Shown piece by piece: positions 18,271 through 28,319 of a stretch of 48,790 nt of DNA. The DNA is from a virus. Its lineage: Duplodnaviria > Caudoviricetes. The notes under the pieces are model-generated. The model worked only from the letters and a program-made list of their open reading frames with translations, was not told the origin of the DNA and made no database searches. A program made the position numbers and the translations under genes. Every line of letters begins with the position of its first letter. The stretch's first letter is position 1. The DNA is taken from positions 1 through 48,790 of IMG/VR virus record IMGVR_UViG_3300022187_000048. One strand, given 5' to 3'.

Positions 18271-20562
18271 ATGTCAAAAGCACGGACACTAGCCGATTTT
18301 ATTTCAGACGGTAGCGAGTTTGCTGACGGTACTATTTCAGTAGCGGAAGTGTCTGGTGCTGCCCCACTCGCAAGCCCTACGTTTACTGGTAACGTCGATC
18401 TAGGCGATAACGTACAAATTCGTCTAGGTGATGATAACGATCTGCGTATTTACCATGATGTCTCCACTGGTAACAGCTACATCTGGGAACAAGGTACTGG
18501 CGGCGAGTTATGGGTTTTAGGTACTGATATTCGTTTCGCCAATACGAATTTTAGTTCCAACTATGCACGATTTGTAGATGGCGGTGAAGTTGAACTGTTT
18601 CACGGTAATCAGATTAAACTCTCAACTGCCGCTGACGGGGTGGACATCACGGGTGACGTAGGTGCTACCACTGCCACTATCACAGGCACGGTAACGGCAG
18701 GTCAGTATGATAGCACAGAAGCCCTACCAACCGTCCGTCCTAGCCTTCTGCTAGACTTTGCCAACAGCAAGACCCTTGATCCACGGATCACGTTTACCCG
18801 TGGCAGCACTGCGACTTACTGGGATGGTAAGACGACGACTAAGGCTGAAGAGAATTTGCTACCGTATTCTACATCTTTCTTCGGTTGGAGTTTTGCCGCA
18901 GGGGTTACAACAACTTCTACTACAGAAACCGCCCCAGACGGAACTTCTACTGCTATAACTGTTCGTTCCTCTAACGCAGGAAATAGTGGTGTATACAGAC
19001 AGATAGATGTCCCTATTGGGTCTACTGTATCGTTTTATGCTAAGTATTCTAATTCAGATTGGGTAGCATTTTCGTCTGCTGCTCCCAACAATAACGTGTG
19101 GGCTTATTTTGATGTTACAAATGGCGCAGTAGGGTTTAGTTCTAATTGCACGGCATCAATTCAAAGTGTTGGTAATGGGTGGTACCGTTGCATATTGGCT
19201 AATATTCAAGATACTAATGATTATTACATCATCTCAATTGAAAATAGTAATACTAATAGCAACCCTTGGGGCACTTCCTCCCCAACGATAGGTACTGAGA
19301 TTACATTATGGGGGCCACAATTAGAACAACGGTCTAGTGTCACAGCCTATACCCCAACCAACTCTAGTCCCATAGTGAAGTACCAACCGACACTGCAAAC
19401 ATCGGCATCAGGTGAGGCACGGTTTGACCACGATCCAGTGACAGGTGAAAGCAAGGGCTTGCTGATTGAGGAAAGTCGGACGAACCAAGTTACCTATTCT
19501 GAAGGTTTTAACGCTTCGGCTTGGAACCCTAGTGGAACACTTAATACTAGGTATCCTAATTATGGAGTTGCCCCTGATGGCGGCGGTGACGCTTTAATGC
19601 TGTCTCCATCACAAAGCGCAGGGTCAGTAGAGCATAGGGTTAGATTTATCTTGAGTGCTACTAGCAGTAACCCTGTTACAATGTCGTGCTACATGAAAGC
19701 GGCGGGACTTAGGTATGGTGCTTTTAGAGCGCAGATAAACGGTTATTGGCACCAGATTGTGTTTGACTTGGAACAGGGCGTAACAGGTAGCGCAGGAATA
19801 GCACCTGCCGATCCTGACTACCCGTTAAATGATGTTACTTCTTATAGTATAAAAGACGTAGGTAACGGTTGGTATAGGTGTGTTGCGACATACCCGAATA
19901 TAACAAATACAGATAGCTGCCAAATTCATGTCATGGATCAAGATATGACCGATGCGGCATGGCAATCTGAAGCAAGCCAATATGGTTTTGGCATTCTCAT
20001 CTGGGGAACGCAAGTAGAAGCTGGCTCCTTCCCAACGTCATACATCCCCACCTCTGGGTCTACTGTGACTAGGGCGGCTGATTATGCTGCAATGTCTTCT
20101 TCAGAGATAGGTTATTATGGTGGTGACTTTACAGTCTATTCTGCTTCAACTGTAGCAAGAGATAATACTGTGGGTGGGCCAACGCCTGTATTAATTGGTT
20201 CAAGGTTGGCTTCTAGCACTACACCACAAGGCGGTAATTATCACTATCAGTACTATCGGGCAAACGGTGCTTCTGGTTCAACTATATATTTAGATAATAC
20301 TATATATGCTGACACCAATCCAACTGGTACTATTACGGCTAACCAAGAGTTAAGAATAGCAACTGCTTATAGTAAAGATGATTTTGCAACATCAGGTAAT
20401 GGTGGAACTGTCTTAACAGATGCCTCTGTACCAGACCTTTATGGTATAAATAGTATTCATTTTGGGAATGGTGCGCAGTTATTAAATGGGCATTTGTCAA
20501 AAGTGGCATTCTGGAATGAACGTCTAACCAACGCCACACTGCAAGCAATGACGGAGGCATAA
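18271..20562 (+). CDS. Second fibre/spike protein with duplicated carbohydrate-binding-like modules
   Basis: MSKARTLAD start; two copies of N..YS..F..W...APDG...GNGWYRC...WG.Q.E...T.Y.PT; LamG-like C-terminus. Confidence 0.8.
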   Translation: MSKARTLADFISDGSEFADGTISVAEVSGAAPLASPTFTGNVDLGDNVQIRLGDDNDLRIYHDVSTGNSYIWEQGTGGELWVLGTDIRFANTNFSSNYARFVDGGEVELFHGNQIKLSTAADGVDITGDVGATTATITGTVTAGQYDSTEALPTVRPSLLLDFANSKTLDPRITFTRGSTATYWDGKTTTKAEENLLPYSTSFFGWSFAAGVTTTSTTETAPDGTSTAITVRSSNAGNSGVYRQIDVPIGSTVSFYAKYSNSDWVAFSSAAPNNNVWAYFDVTNGAVGFSSNCTASIQSVGNGWYRCILANIQDTNDYYIISIENSNTNSNPWGTSSPTIGTEITLWGPQLEQRSSVTAYTPTNSSPIVKYQPTLQTSASGEARFDHDPVTGESKGLLIEESRTNQVTYSEGFNASAWNPSGTLNTRYPNYGVAPDGGGDALMLSPSQSAGSVEHRVRFILSATSSNPVTMSCYMKAAGLRYGAFRAQINGYWHQIVFDLEQGVTGSAGIAPADPDYPLNDVTSYSIKDVGNGWYRCVATYPNITNTDSCQIHVMDQDMTDAAWQSEASQYGFGILIWGTQVEAGSFPTSYIPTSGSTVTRAADYAAMSSSEIGYYGGDFTVYSASTVARDNTVGGPTPVLIGSRLASSTTPQGGNYHYQYYRANGASGSTIYLDNTIYADTNPTGTITANQELRIATAYSKDDFATSGNGGTVLTDASVPDLYGINSIHFGNGAQLLNGHLSKVAFWNERLTNATLQAMTEA

Positions 20563-20565
20563 GCT

Positions 20566-20949
20566 ATGACAACCTATTACCTCAAAGCCACCTCCGAAGC
20601 TGCACTCTGGGAAGCCCTAGAAGCTGCATCGCTGGCGCACAAAGAGTATGACCCCACTGATGCACTCAACAGTCGTCCAGACGATCTAGAGCCTGACGCA
20701 GAGTGGGACGGCCCTAGCGGTGCATACGAGTGGATGGCAGACACGCCCATGCTAGACATCATCGGCACTATGTACCGTGAGACAGGCACTATGCTGACTG
20801 ACGGTGAGGGCATGGAATACCCTGAGATGGAAGCGATTGAGGGCTATCACGCAAACCTACGGGAAGAACTTACGGCTGCACAGGAAGCGGAACTACCGAC
20901 TGTGGATGCACCTGCAACGCCCTACCGCAAATGGGCAGGAGATAACTAA
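20566..20949 (+). CDS. Fibre-associated small protein
   Basis: 127 aa; YYLK N-terminus, LDIIG, GYHANLR, PATPYRKWA; directly follows the spike gene. Confidence 0.75.
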   Translation: MTTYYLKATSEAALWEALEAASLAHKEYDPTDALNSRPDDLEPDAEWDGPSGAYEWMADTPMLDIIGTMYRETGTMLTDGEGMEYPEMEAIEGYHANLREELTAAQEAELPTVDAPATPYRKWAGDN

Positions 20950-21788
20950 TGGCTAAACTAATCGGAACAGACCCCAATCAGGTGCCTACAAATGCTGACT
21001 TAGGCGATATGGCCTACAAGAATGGCGATAACCTAAAAGCAGGGCCACTTACAGTTGTAGATGAAAGCGTGTCCATTGGTGGTCAGGCACCTACTACTGT
21101 TTTTGATATTAACGTAGAAAGACCTATCGGCACTACGATTAGACTTTACGGTTCTAATAACTCAGGCGCACAGACGTTGTACGAGAGTTTTAACGGTAAG
21201 GACTTTCGTGTTGGCATAGAAAACAGTTCAGGCAGTTTAGGATATGGCTCTGCCGCATATGATCGCTACCTATTTAGCGAAGGCTCATTTCCTATTACCT
21301 TCTCCACGGATAGTACGGAGCGTATGCGTATCTGGCAAAGCGGTGAGGTTAGAAAACAATATCAACCTGCCTTCTTGTTGCACACCACAACAACCACACA
21401 AACCACAAGTTCAGGTTCTTGGGCAACTATCACCATGAATTATGAGGCTTATGATGTTGGTGGAAACTTTGCATCAAATACATTCACTGCACCTGTAACA
21501 GGTAAATATCAAATGAATGTTCAACTTTTGGTTTCTGCCATAGATACCGCCGCCAATTATTATGTTCTTGATTGTTCCACAAGCAATCGGAATTATCATT
21601 ATCTTTTCTATCCAGGAAACGTACTTAGTGCCGACACTAGTTTTCAGTTTATTTGGTCATTCGTCGCAGACATGGATCAAGGCGACACGGCGTTTCTTAG
21701 AATAAATCAAAATGGCGGCACACTTAATCAGACAACCGTTGTAGCCGATTCTAACTACACCAGATGGTCAGGCTATATGCTGGGATAA
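20949..21788 (+). CDS. Short tail fibre with C1q/TNF-like C-terminal domain
   Basis: MAKLIGTDPNQVPTNADLG start, TERMRI repeat, QPAF...FTAPVTGKYQ...DMDQGDT...WSGYMLG. Confidence 0.8.
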   Translation: MAKLIGTDPNQVPTNADLGDMAYKNGDNLKAGPLTVVDESVSIGGQAPTTVFDINVERPIGTTIRLYGSNNSGAQTLYESFNGKDFRVGIENSSGSLGYGSAAYDRYLFSEGSFPITFSTDSTERMRIWQSGEVRKQYQPAFLLHTTTTTQTTSSGSWATITMNYEAYDVGGNFASNTFTAPVTGKYQMNVQLLVSAIDTAANYYVLDCSTSNRNYHYLFYPGNVLSADTSFQFIWSFVADMDQGDTAFLRINQNGGTLNQTTVVADSNYTRWSGYMLG

Positions 21789-21823
21789 TGGGCGAAATAA
21801 CCCTCACATAAAGGAGTGAAACA

Positions 21824-22096
21824 ATGGCAGTAACAATCACAATCACGGTAGATGATACAGACGAAAAGGTTTTGTTAAATGATCTACTGGACATCCAAGA
21901 ATGGGTGCAAGGCGCAGTTGATGGTAAGATCAACAACTGTTGGAAGCGTATGCAGCAAAACTGGACGCAACAACTTATGAATGATGATACCTTTACTGAT
22001 CCCATCCCAAGTAACAAAGCTGATTTTGTAACTTTGGTGACATCACGGGATGACTACCAAACACGTTCAGAGCGTGATGCAGCGCAAGAGGTGTAA
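21824..22096 (+). CDS. Fibre-associated small protein
   Basis: 90 aa, AAGGAG RBS; WVQGAVDGKINNCWKRM. Confidence 0.75.
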   Translation: MAVTITITVDDTDEKVLLNDLLDIQEWVQGAVDGKINNCWKRMQQNWTQQLMNDDTFTDPIPSNKADFVTLVTSRDDYQTRSERDAAQEV

Positions 22097-22106
22097 ATCG
22101 TTGTGC

Positions 22107-22175
22107 AACGAAGAACGTGCAGCGGCACAGGCGGTAGTCGATGCTACGCCGCAAGCAGTTAAGGATGCGGTATAA
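22107..22175 (+). pseudogene. Probable 3' remnant of a displaced fibre-partner gene (NEERAAAQAVVDATPQAVKDAV*)
   Basis: Coding-like stretch ending at TAA 22173-22175, with only a TTG at 22101 as possible start; resembles C-termini of marine phage fibre-partner proteins. Confidence 0.5.
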
Positions 22176-22190
22176 CTAAGGAGAAAAGCA

Positions 22191-22409
22191 ATGGCAGAAA
22201 AAAAGCAAACCATTGTCATCAACGACAAAGAATATGACGCAGAGAGTTTTACTGATCAGCAAAAGATCATGGTAAATCACATTGCAGACTTAAATCGAAA
22301 GATTGATACTACTCAATTTAACCTCGATCAACTGAACGTAGGCAAGCAAGCCTTCGTAGAACTACTGACTAAAAGTCTAGCACAAGAAGAAGTAGAAGAA
22401 GCAGCATAA
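22191..22409 (+). CDS. Conserved small protein at end of fibre module
   Basis: 72 aa, AAGGAG RBS; IVINDKEY...NHIADL.RKI...FNLDQL. Confidence 0.8.
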   Translation: MAEKKQTIVINDKEYDAESFTDQQKIMVNHIADLNRKIDTTQFNLDQLNVGKQAFVELLTKSLAQEEVEEAA

Positions 22410-22414
22410 TCTTC

Positions 22415-22443
22415 TTGAAAAGCAATTAACTAAGTGCTATACT
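22415..22443 (+). promoter_or_regulatory. Sigma70-type promoter for GNAT/internal-protein operon
   Basis: TTGAAA-N17-TATACT with extended TG; spacer contains the palindromic operator. Confidence 0.75.
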
Positions 22444-22475
22444 GATTGCATACTAAATTATTTAACTAGGTACGT

Positions 22476-22943
22476 ATGACCGTCTATGTTCGACGGCTCA
22501 GAGAGACAGACCTCCCCGCTGTACTGAAGATAGCCAAATGGCTACACGACAATTCTAGATACAGCGTATTCACTTACAAAGAAGAAAAAGTAAGACAGCT
22601 TCTCTCCATGAGCCTACAGCCCAAAAGCCCTGTATTTGTAGCGGTTGCTCTTAGACAAGGCTCAGATGAAATACTCGGTTATTTTCATGGCTACGTAGAC
22701 TACCACTACTTTAGTGACATGAAGTATGCGGGAGACTGGGCGGTGTGTATTCTACCAGAACACCGTAGATATGCACCGCTCATTTTAAAGCAAATGGTCC
22801 ACGCTTTCGAAAAATGGGGCCGCAAGAATGGCGCAGAAGAAATCTCTATCGGCGCGTCTACTGAAGCCTACGGAACTGGCTACAAAAAATTTCTGGAAAG
22901 GATGGGCTACAGGGACGTAGGATTCCTAGCCGTGAAAGGATAA
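22476..22943 (+). CDS. GNAT-family acetyltransferase
   Basis: VRRLRETDLPAV start, ILPEHRR motif A, FEKWGRKNGAEEI, FLERMGY. Confidence 0.85.
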   Translation: MTVYVRRLRETDLPAVLKIAKWLHDNSRYSVFTYKEEKVRQLLSMSLQPKSPVFVAVALRQGSDEILGYFHGYVDYHYFSDMKYAGDWAVCILPEHRRYAPLILKQMVHAFEKWGRKNGAEEISIGASTEAYGTGYKKFLERMGYRDVGFLAVKG

Positions 22944-22947
22944 AGAC

Positions 22948-24705
22948 ATGAGTTTTAACAAAAGCACCACGGTCACTAACACGGGGCTAGGAGATGATCA
23001 GTATAAACAGCTTCAGAACAATCAGACTGGGCTGGGTACGCAGATCGAAGAGGGCTTCTCTGGCGCGGGTACTAAGCTAGATAATATATCTACTGGGGTC
23101 ACTGGACTAGGGTCTAAAATCGACACAGGCTTCACTGGAGCAGGTGCGAAGATGGACACTGGCTTCACTAACCTGACTGAGCTTTTAAACTCTTACGGCA
23201 CTAGTATGGCAGACAACTTCACTGACGCTTCTACAGGCCGTGAGCAGTATTATAACAACCTACTGACTGCCCTAGAGAATAACACTGGTGGCCTACAGTC
23301 TTCCCTAGACACGGGCTTTGCGGCGGCTGGTGGTCGCTTCGATACTCTAGACGACAGCGTAGGCAACGTACAATCGTCCGTGGACACAGTCGGTGACAAC
23401 GTAAATAACGTACAGTCCACTGTAGACGCTGGCTTCGATGCCGCTGGCTCTCGCTTTGACACTGTAGACGCTGGCATGGCTGATGCCGCTAGTGAACGTG
23501 CCGCGAATGCTGACGCAGTCAATACTCAGCTTACGAATACACAGGCTAATATCCTCGGCGGTCAGGGTGACCTGCAGGGGAGCCTAGACACTATGTCATC
23601 TACTGCAGATACCTATGCAACTCAGATGATGGCTAACCAAGACAATCTACAAGCTGGACAAGACGAGTTTAAGTCTAGCTTCGACACCTACGTAGATCGT
23701 TACGGTCAGGATACGGAACTGGCGCAACAAACTCGCGCAGACCTCGCAACGGCACAGGCTAACCAGACTGATCGTCTGCGTGAGGACTTGGGTAACTTTG
23801 CTCAGGCGGCTGCTCAGGGGCAGACTAACTTGGCTCAACAGATTGGTACTCTGGGTACTGGCATTGATACTGGGTTCCAGCAACTCGGTAGTGACGTAGG
23901 CACTGGCTTCGCAGAGGCTTCTCTAGCAGACCAGACTGCACAGCAAGCCTTGTCCATTCGCCTCGGTAATGTTCGTGATCTTATTCAGACTACTGCAGAC
24001 ACAATTGGTGTTGAGACTAAGCAGCAATACCAGACACTCGCCAACTCCTTCGATGAGAACGGTAACCTCATTGCCAACGCAATCGACGAGCAGGGTAATA
24101 CAATTAGCCGTGCTATGGATGACCAAGGCAACGTCATTGAGCGTAAGCTGGATGCTAACGGCAACGAGATTAGTGCAGTACAGATGAACGTAGGCACTAT
24201 GCTGGATAATGCGGAGCAGTATGAACGCTCACTACTTGGGCAGATTGACCAACGCTTTGACAGTGCTGAAGCAAATACTAATACAGAGCTACGTGCAATT
24301 GCATCTGGCTTCAGCGCACAGGATAAGAAGCTGGATACTCAGGCACGTGACTTGTCTCGGATTGCTGCAGAGCAGACTGATCTAGACGTTAATATGCGTA
24401 ACGAGTTCCGCGAGTTGGGTCAGGCATTCGACGACCAAGGTAACCTAATCCAGAACAGCATCTCGGATAATGGTACATCAATTTCACGCGCAGTAGATGA
24501 TAACGGTAACCTACTGCTAAGAGCCTTCGATGCGGGAGGCAACCGTATAGGGGATCAGGTTCTAAACATCAATCAGAGCCTGAATAGACTATCTCAACTA
24601 AATATGCGTCAGGGAGCAAACGTATCAATGGGCAACCTAAGCCCAGCGATGTCAGCCAATACACCTAATACTGGCTTCGCATCGCCTTATGCAACGACAG
24701 GATAA
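22948..24705 (+). CDS. Internal virion (ejection) protein, repetitive and helical
   Basis: 585 aa with DTGF-type repeats and two FD..GNLI.N.I...G..ISRA.D..GN repeats; position after GNAT. Confidence 0.65.
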   Translation: MSFNKSTTVTNTGLGDDQYKQLQNNQTGLGTQIEEGFSGAGTKLDNISTGVTGLGSKIDTGFTGAGAKMDTGFTNLTELLNSYGTSMADNFTDASTGREQYYNNLLTALENNTGGLQSSLDTGFAAAGGRFDTLDDSVGNVQSSVDTVGDNVNNVQSTVDAGFDAAGSRFDTVDAGMADAASERAANADAVNTQLTNTQANILGGQGDLQGSLDTMSSTADTYATQMMANQDNLQAGQDEFKSSFDTYVDRYGQDTELAQQTRADLATAQANQTDRLREDLGNFAQAAAQGQTNLAQQIGTLGTGIDTGFQQLGSDVGTGFAEASLADQTAQQALSIRLGNVRDLIQTTADTIGVETKQQYQTLANSFDENGNLIANAIDEQGNTISRAMDDQGNVIERKLDANGNEISAVQMNVGTMLDNAEQYERSLLGQIDQRFDSAEANTNTELRAIASGFSAQDKKLDTQARDLSRIAAEQTDLDVNMRNEFRELGQAFDDQGNLIQNSISDNGTSISRAVDDNGNLLLRAFDAGGNRIGDQVLNINQSLNRLSQLNMRQGANVSMGNLSPAMSANTPNTGFASPYATTG

Positions 24706-24708
24706 GTA

Positions 24709-25440
24709 ATGCACCCAACCTCAGTATCAAAAGACTGTATTGAACTCGTTAAGAAGTTTGAAGGATTACACAAGCTAAAGGACGATGGCCTAGTACACGC
24801 ATATCGCTGCCCCGCTGGAAAGTGGACGCTAGGATATGGCGCAACTAAGGGTATTCGCTCTGGTATGAAGTGTACCGTGGCAGAGGCAGAGCAGCGTCTA
24901 ATAGATGATCTTAACGAACACGCAAAGATAGTTAAGAAGTCTGTTAACGTGCCACTGACCCAAGGACAGTTTGATGCGCTGACATCCTTCGTATTCAACT
25001 TAGGCGGCGGGGCGTTCAGGTCATCAACTTTGCTAAAGCGTCTGAACAGCGGAAATTACGACGAATGCCCAGAGCAGATCATGCGCTGGAACAAGGCCAG
25101 AGTAGACGGCAAGCTACAGCCCCTTCGTGGGCTTACTCGTCGCCGCGCTGCAGAGGCAGCAATCTTTAGTCGTGATGCCCAGCTACCCTCCGACGAGGGT
25201 GGTCCTGAGATGCCCCAGAAGCCTACGGCAGAGCATCCCAAGCCCCTAACCAAGTCTAAGACTATGGCAGGTGTAGGACTTGCGGGTGCGGCTACGGGTC
25301 TTAATGAGGTAGCAGGTGAGCTACAGGGGCTAGTTCCCTACGCAGACAGCCTCAAAACCATCTTCTTAATCTGTGCTATCGGCGGCATCGCCTTGGCAGC
25401 ATACGCTCGATACAAGGACAATAAAGAAGGTATCCACTGA
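24709..25440 (+). CDS. Endolysin (GH24 lysozyme) with C-terminal hydrophobic segments
   Basis: KKFEG, AYRCPAGKWTLGYGAT, QFDALTSFVFNLG, GLTRRRAAEA; hydrophobic tail. Confidence 0.92.
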   Translation: MHPTSVSKDCIELVKKFEGLHKLKDDGLVHAYRCPAGKWTLGYGATKGIRSGMKCTVAEAEQRLIDDLNEHAKIVKKSVNVPLTQGQFDALTSFVFNLGGGAFRSSTLLKRLNSGNYDECPEQIMRWNKARVDGKLQPLRGLTRRRAAEAAIFSRDAQLPSDEGGPEMPQKPTAEHPKPLTKSKTMAGVGLAGAATGLNEVAGELQGLVPYADSLKTIFLICAIGGIALAAYARYKDNKEGIH

Positions 25441-25679
25441 TGTTTATCTTCGGCAAGATTAAGAGTTACATCATTGGCGCATTGGCCCTAGCCCTGCCTA
25501 TTATTTACGTAATGGGCAAGGTGCGTGGGGCAGCTAATGAGAAGAATAAAGTCCTGAAGGACGATCTACAGGCGCAAAAAAAGGCGACTGATTTTTACAA
25601 AGCGATGGCAGAGCATGAAGACGATAATATTGATGATCGTAAGTCTCTCACTGACAGGTTGCGCGGGAGCGGTCTATAG
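25440..25679 (+). CDS. Inner-membrane spanin (Rz-like)
   Basis: N-terminal TM helix followed by coiled coil; directly after endolysin. Confidence 0.65.
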   Translation: MFIFGKIKSYIIGALALALPIIYVMGKVRGAANEKNKVLKDDLQAQKKATDFYKAMAEHEDDNIDDRKSLTDRLRGSGL

Positions 25680-25860
25680 GACCAAGCTGGACGTTTATTG
25701 TCCACCAATCTCACAATACTCAACAGAATGGAACGAAGAGTTAGCCACTGAGCTAGATGCGTTACCTGAAGACTACACGACAATCCCAATGGCAATAGCA
25801 GACTACGCAAAGTTGCGGGACCGTATTCGTGCGTGTGAAACAGAGAAGGGTAAACTATAA
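25615..25860 (+). CDS. Outer-membrane spanin lipoprotein (Rz1-like)
   Basis: Signal peptide with lipobox LTGC; overlaps the Rz-like gene in another frame; additional Cys residues. Confidence 0.75.
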   Translation: MKTIILMIVSLSLTGCAGAVYRTKLDVYCPPISQYSTEWNEELATELDALPEDYTTIPMAIADYAKLRDRIRACETEKGKL

Positions 25861-28319
25861 TGGGCTTTTGGTCAGATACATTTGGCGGTGGCAATAGCTT
25901 TACTGAGAGCGTAGCTAATACGTTTACCCCTAATGATGGTGCTTCATACGTAGGCGGTACACTTACCTACGACTCAGGTAGTAATGCTGGTAAAGTAGTT
26001 GAAAAAAACAGCTCTGGCGGTTATGGGAGTGATAACTCTGGCAAGGCCGTCTACTCAGGTTCGGCTAATAGTGAGAGTACTAATTCTGAGAACATAACAT
26101 CCAGCGGTACAAATGAAGACTTTGTACCAGCGGGTTCGGCTCCATCTGGTATTTCTAAACTTCTAGGATTTGCCTCGCCAGTAGGTATCATTGGTACAAT
26201 CTCTGGATGGGCAAACAACCTAGACCCAGAGGAAGACATTAAGAAAGGTTCCGTAGTAGATGGTCGCCAAGTCTACAATAACGGGGAGATGTCCTACTCA
26301 TATAACTTCTTGGGACTGCCCTACGAAGTCAAAGTCGTAGATATTAACGGTGAGCAGAAGGTCATGGATTCTCTGAAAGAGGATGCCAATGGACTATTTC
26401 CCGGTATGGAAGGCTACGACCAGTCCACCAGTAAATACAAGATCATGGCTGCAGAGCAACGTGCGCAGGGTAATGACGACGATGCAGACCGCATTCTACA
26501 GGAAGAGCAGGACAACTCACAGCCGTCAGATGGCGGCTCTGGGGATACTACTAACATAGATCAGATTGTGGAGATGGCTAAGGCTGCAGGTCTTGTGACA
26601 AATGCTGCAGAAGCAAACGCCATCATCGCAGACCCTATGAAGTTCCTCGAAGACCGTGGAATGAAGTTGTCTGACTTGATCCCTACCCTAGACGCTGACG
26701 CTGAGGGTACGAACATTGATCCTAATGACCCTAACTACTCGCTCGGTGATAATGAGGGCTACGACCCTAATACCGTAGCCAACGAAGACATAGCGACTGT
26801 AGACGATGTAGAGGATAAGACTGGTACTACCTACGATCCAGAAATGGCTAATCTCACAGACAATGAGATGGTGGACCCAGTCACAGGCGAAATCAGAGAT
26901 GAGAACTTAGTAGACGCGGATAAGTACACTATTGACGTTACTGGTGCCGCTACTGGCGTTAATGCAGATGGCACTGCCAACGAACTGGGTATTGCACTCA
27001 ATGACTGGGCTAACGTAGACCTCTCCAAAGTCATCGACACCAGTACTACTGCAGGTAAGCTACTGGCTGATAAGCTGGTACGCGAAGGTAAAGAGTTTGT
27101 AGATGCCAAGACATCCATAGTCTGGCAGATGAAGACTATTGCGGCTGAATTTAAAGACGCTAACGGTAATCCAATTATCCCACCTTGGGCGCAAGCAGTT
27201 AACCGCGATGTCATGCGTTCCATTAGCTTCAACGGTATCTCAGGTACGGCGGCAACCGCTGCAATGTCTAATGCTATTATGGAATCTATGATGGGAGTAG
27301 CTGAGAAGGAAGCCACCTTCTTCCAGACACTGACTGTAGAGAACCTGAACAATAAGCAGGAAGCCATTATCAATAAGGCCAAGGTCTTGTCACAGATTGA
27401 GTTGGCTAACTTGGATGTACGCTCTCAAGCAGCCGTGCAGAATGCCAAGGCTTTCCTAGAGATGGACCTGACCAACCTGTCTAATGAGCAACAGGCAGAA
27501 GTAATTAACAAGCAAGCACTCGTTCAGGCATTGTTTGATAACACTAATGCTACCAACGTAGCTCGTAGGTTCGGCGCAGAAGTCGCCAACGATATGCAGA
27601 AGTTCTATGATGAACTGGCTGTGAATATTCAGCGGCACAATACCTCTGAGATCAACGCACTACTGAAGTTCAATGCTGGCGAGATTAATGACGCTGCACA
27701 GTTTAACGCAGACATCCGCAATGACCGTCAAAAGTTTGTAGCTGAGATGCAGTACCAGATAGACTTGGCAAATGCTAAATGGCGACAGACTGTGGAGACT
27801 ACCACCTTCCAAGCGGAGTTCGATGCATACACTACTGACGTTAAGTCTGCCCTAGACCTCACCTCAGAGCAGCAAGCCGAGTTGTGGGACTACGCAGACA
27901 ACCTCCTAGACTACATTTGGAAGACAACGGACAACGACCAAGAGCGTGAGCTACGTCTACTGATTGCGCAGATGCAAGCGCAGTCTGGGCAGAAGGGCGG
28001 TAGCGGATTTATGGAAGGGCTACTGACAATTGGTGGCGCATTCCTAGGCTCTAGCTCAGGTTCTAAGTGGGCTGTGGACTTCCTGAAGGGTCTATCTGAT
28101 GTACGCCTGAAAGAGAACATCCAGCACTACGATACGTTGAAGGGTGTTAACTTCTACACTTGGGACTGGAATGAAGAAGGTAAGCGCATTGGCGCAGATA
28201 AATACCCGACATTCGGCGTACTAGCCCAAGAAGTACAGAAAACCCACCCAGAGGCCGTCATAGAAGGTGAACATGGATACCTCATGGTTAATTACGGGAT
28301 GATAAGCAATGACGTTTGA
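25860..28319 (+). CDS. Internal virion protein with C-terminal peptidase S74 (autocleaving chaperone) domain
   Basis: PPWA motif, N/Q/A-rich coiled region, AKWRQTV; C-terminal SDVRLKENI...GVLAQEV...P.AV...GYLMVNY. Confidence 0.75.
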   Translation: MGFWSDTFGGGNSFTESVANTFTPNDGASYVGGTLTYDSGSNAGKVVEKNSSGGYGSDNSGKAVYSGSANSESTNSENITSSGTNEDFVPAGSAPSGISKLLGFASPVGIIGTISGWANNLDPEEDIKKGSVVDGRQVYNNGEMSYSYNFLGLPYEVKVVDINGEQKVMDSLKEDANGLFPGMEGYDQSTSKYKIMAAEQRAQGNDDDADRILQEEQDNSQPSDGGSGDTTNIDQIVEMAKAAGLVTNAAEANAIIADPMKFLEDRGMKLSDLIPTLDADAEGTNIDPNDPNYSLGDNEGYDPNTVANEDIATVDDVEDKTGTTYDPEMANLTDNEMVDPVTGEIRDENLVDADKYTIDVTGAATGVNADGTANELGIALNDWANVDLSKVIDTSTTAGKLLADKLVREGKEFVDAKTSIVWQMKTIAAEFKDANGNPIIPPWAQAVNRDVMRSISFNGISGTAATAAMSNAIMESMMGVAEKEATFFQTLTVENLNNKQEAIINKAKVLSQIELANLDVRSQAAVQNAKAFLEMDLTNLSNEQQAEVINKQALVQALFDNTNATNVARRFGAEVANDMQKFYDELAVNIQRHNTSEINALLKFNAGEINDAAQFNADIRNDRQKFVAEMQYQIDLANAKWRQTVETTTFQAEFDAYTTDVKSALDLTSEQQAELWDYADNLLDYIWKTTDNDQERELRLLIAQMQAQSGQKGGSGFMEGLLTIGGAFLGSSSGSKWAVDFLKGLSDVRLKENIQHYDTLKGVNFYTWDWNEEGKRIGADKYPTFGVLAQEVQKTHPEAVIEGEHGYLMVNYGMISNDV

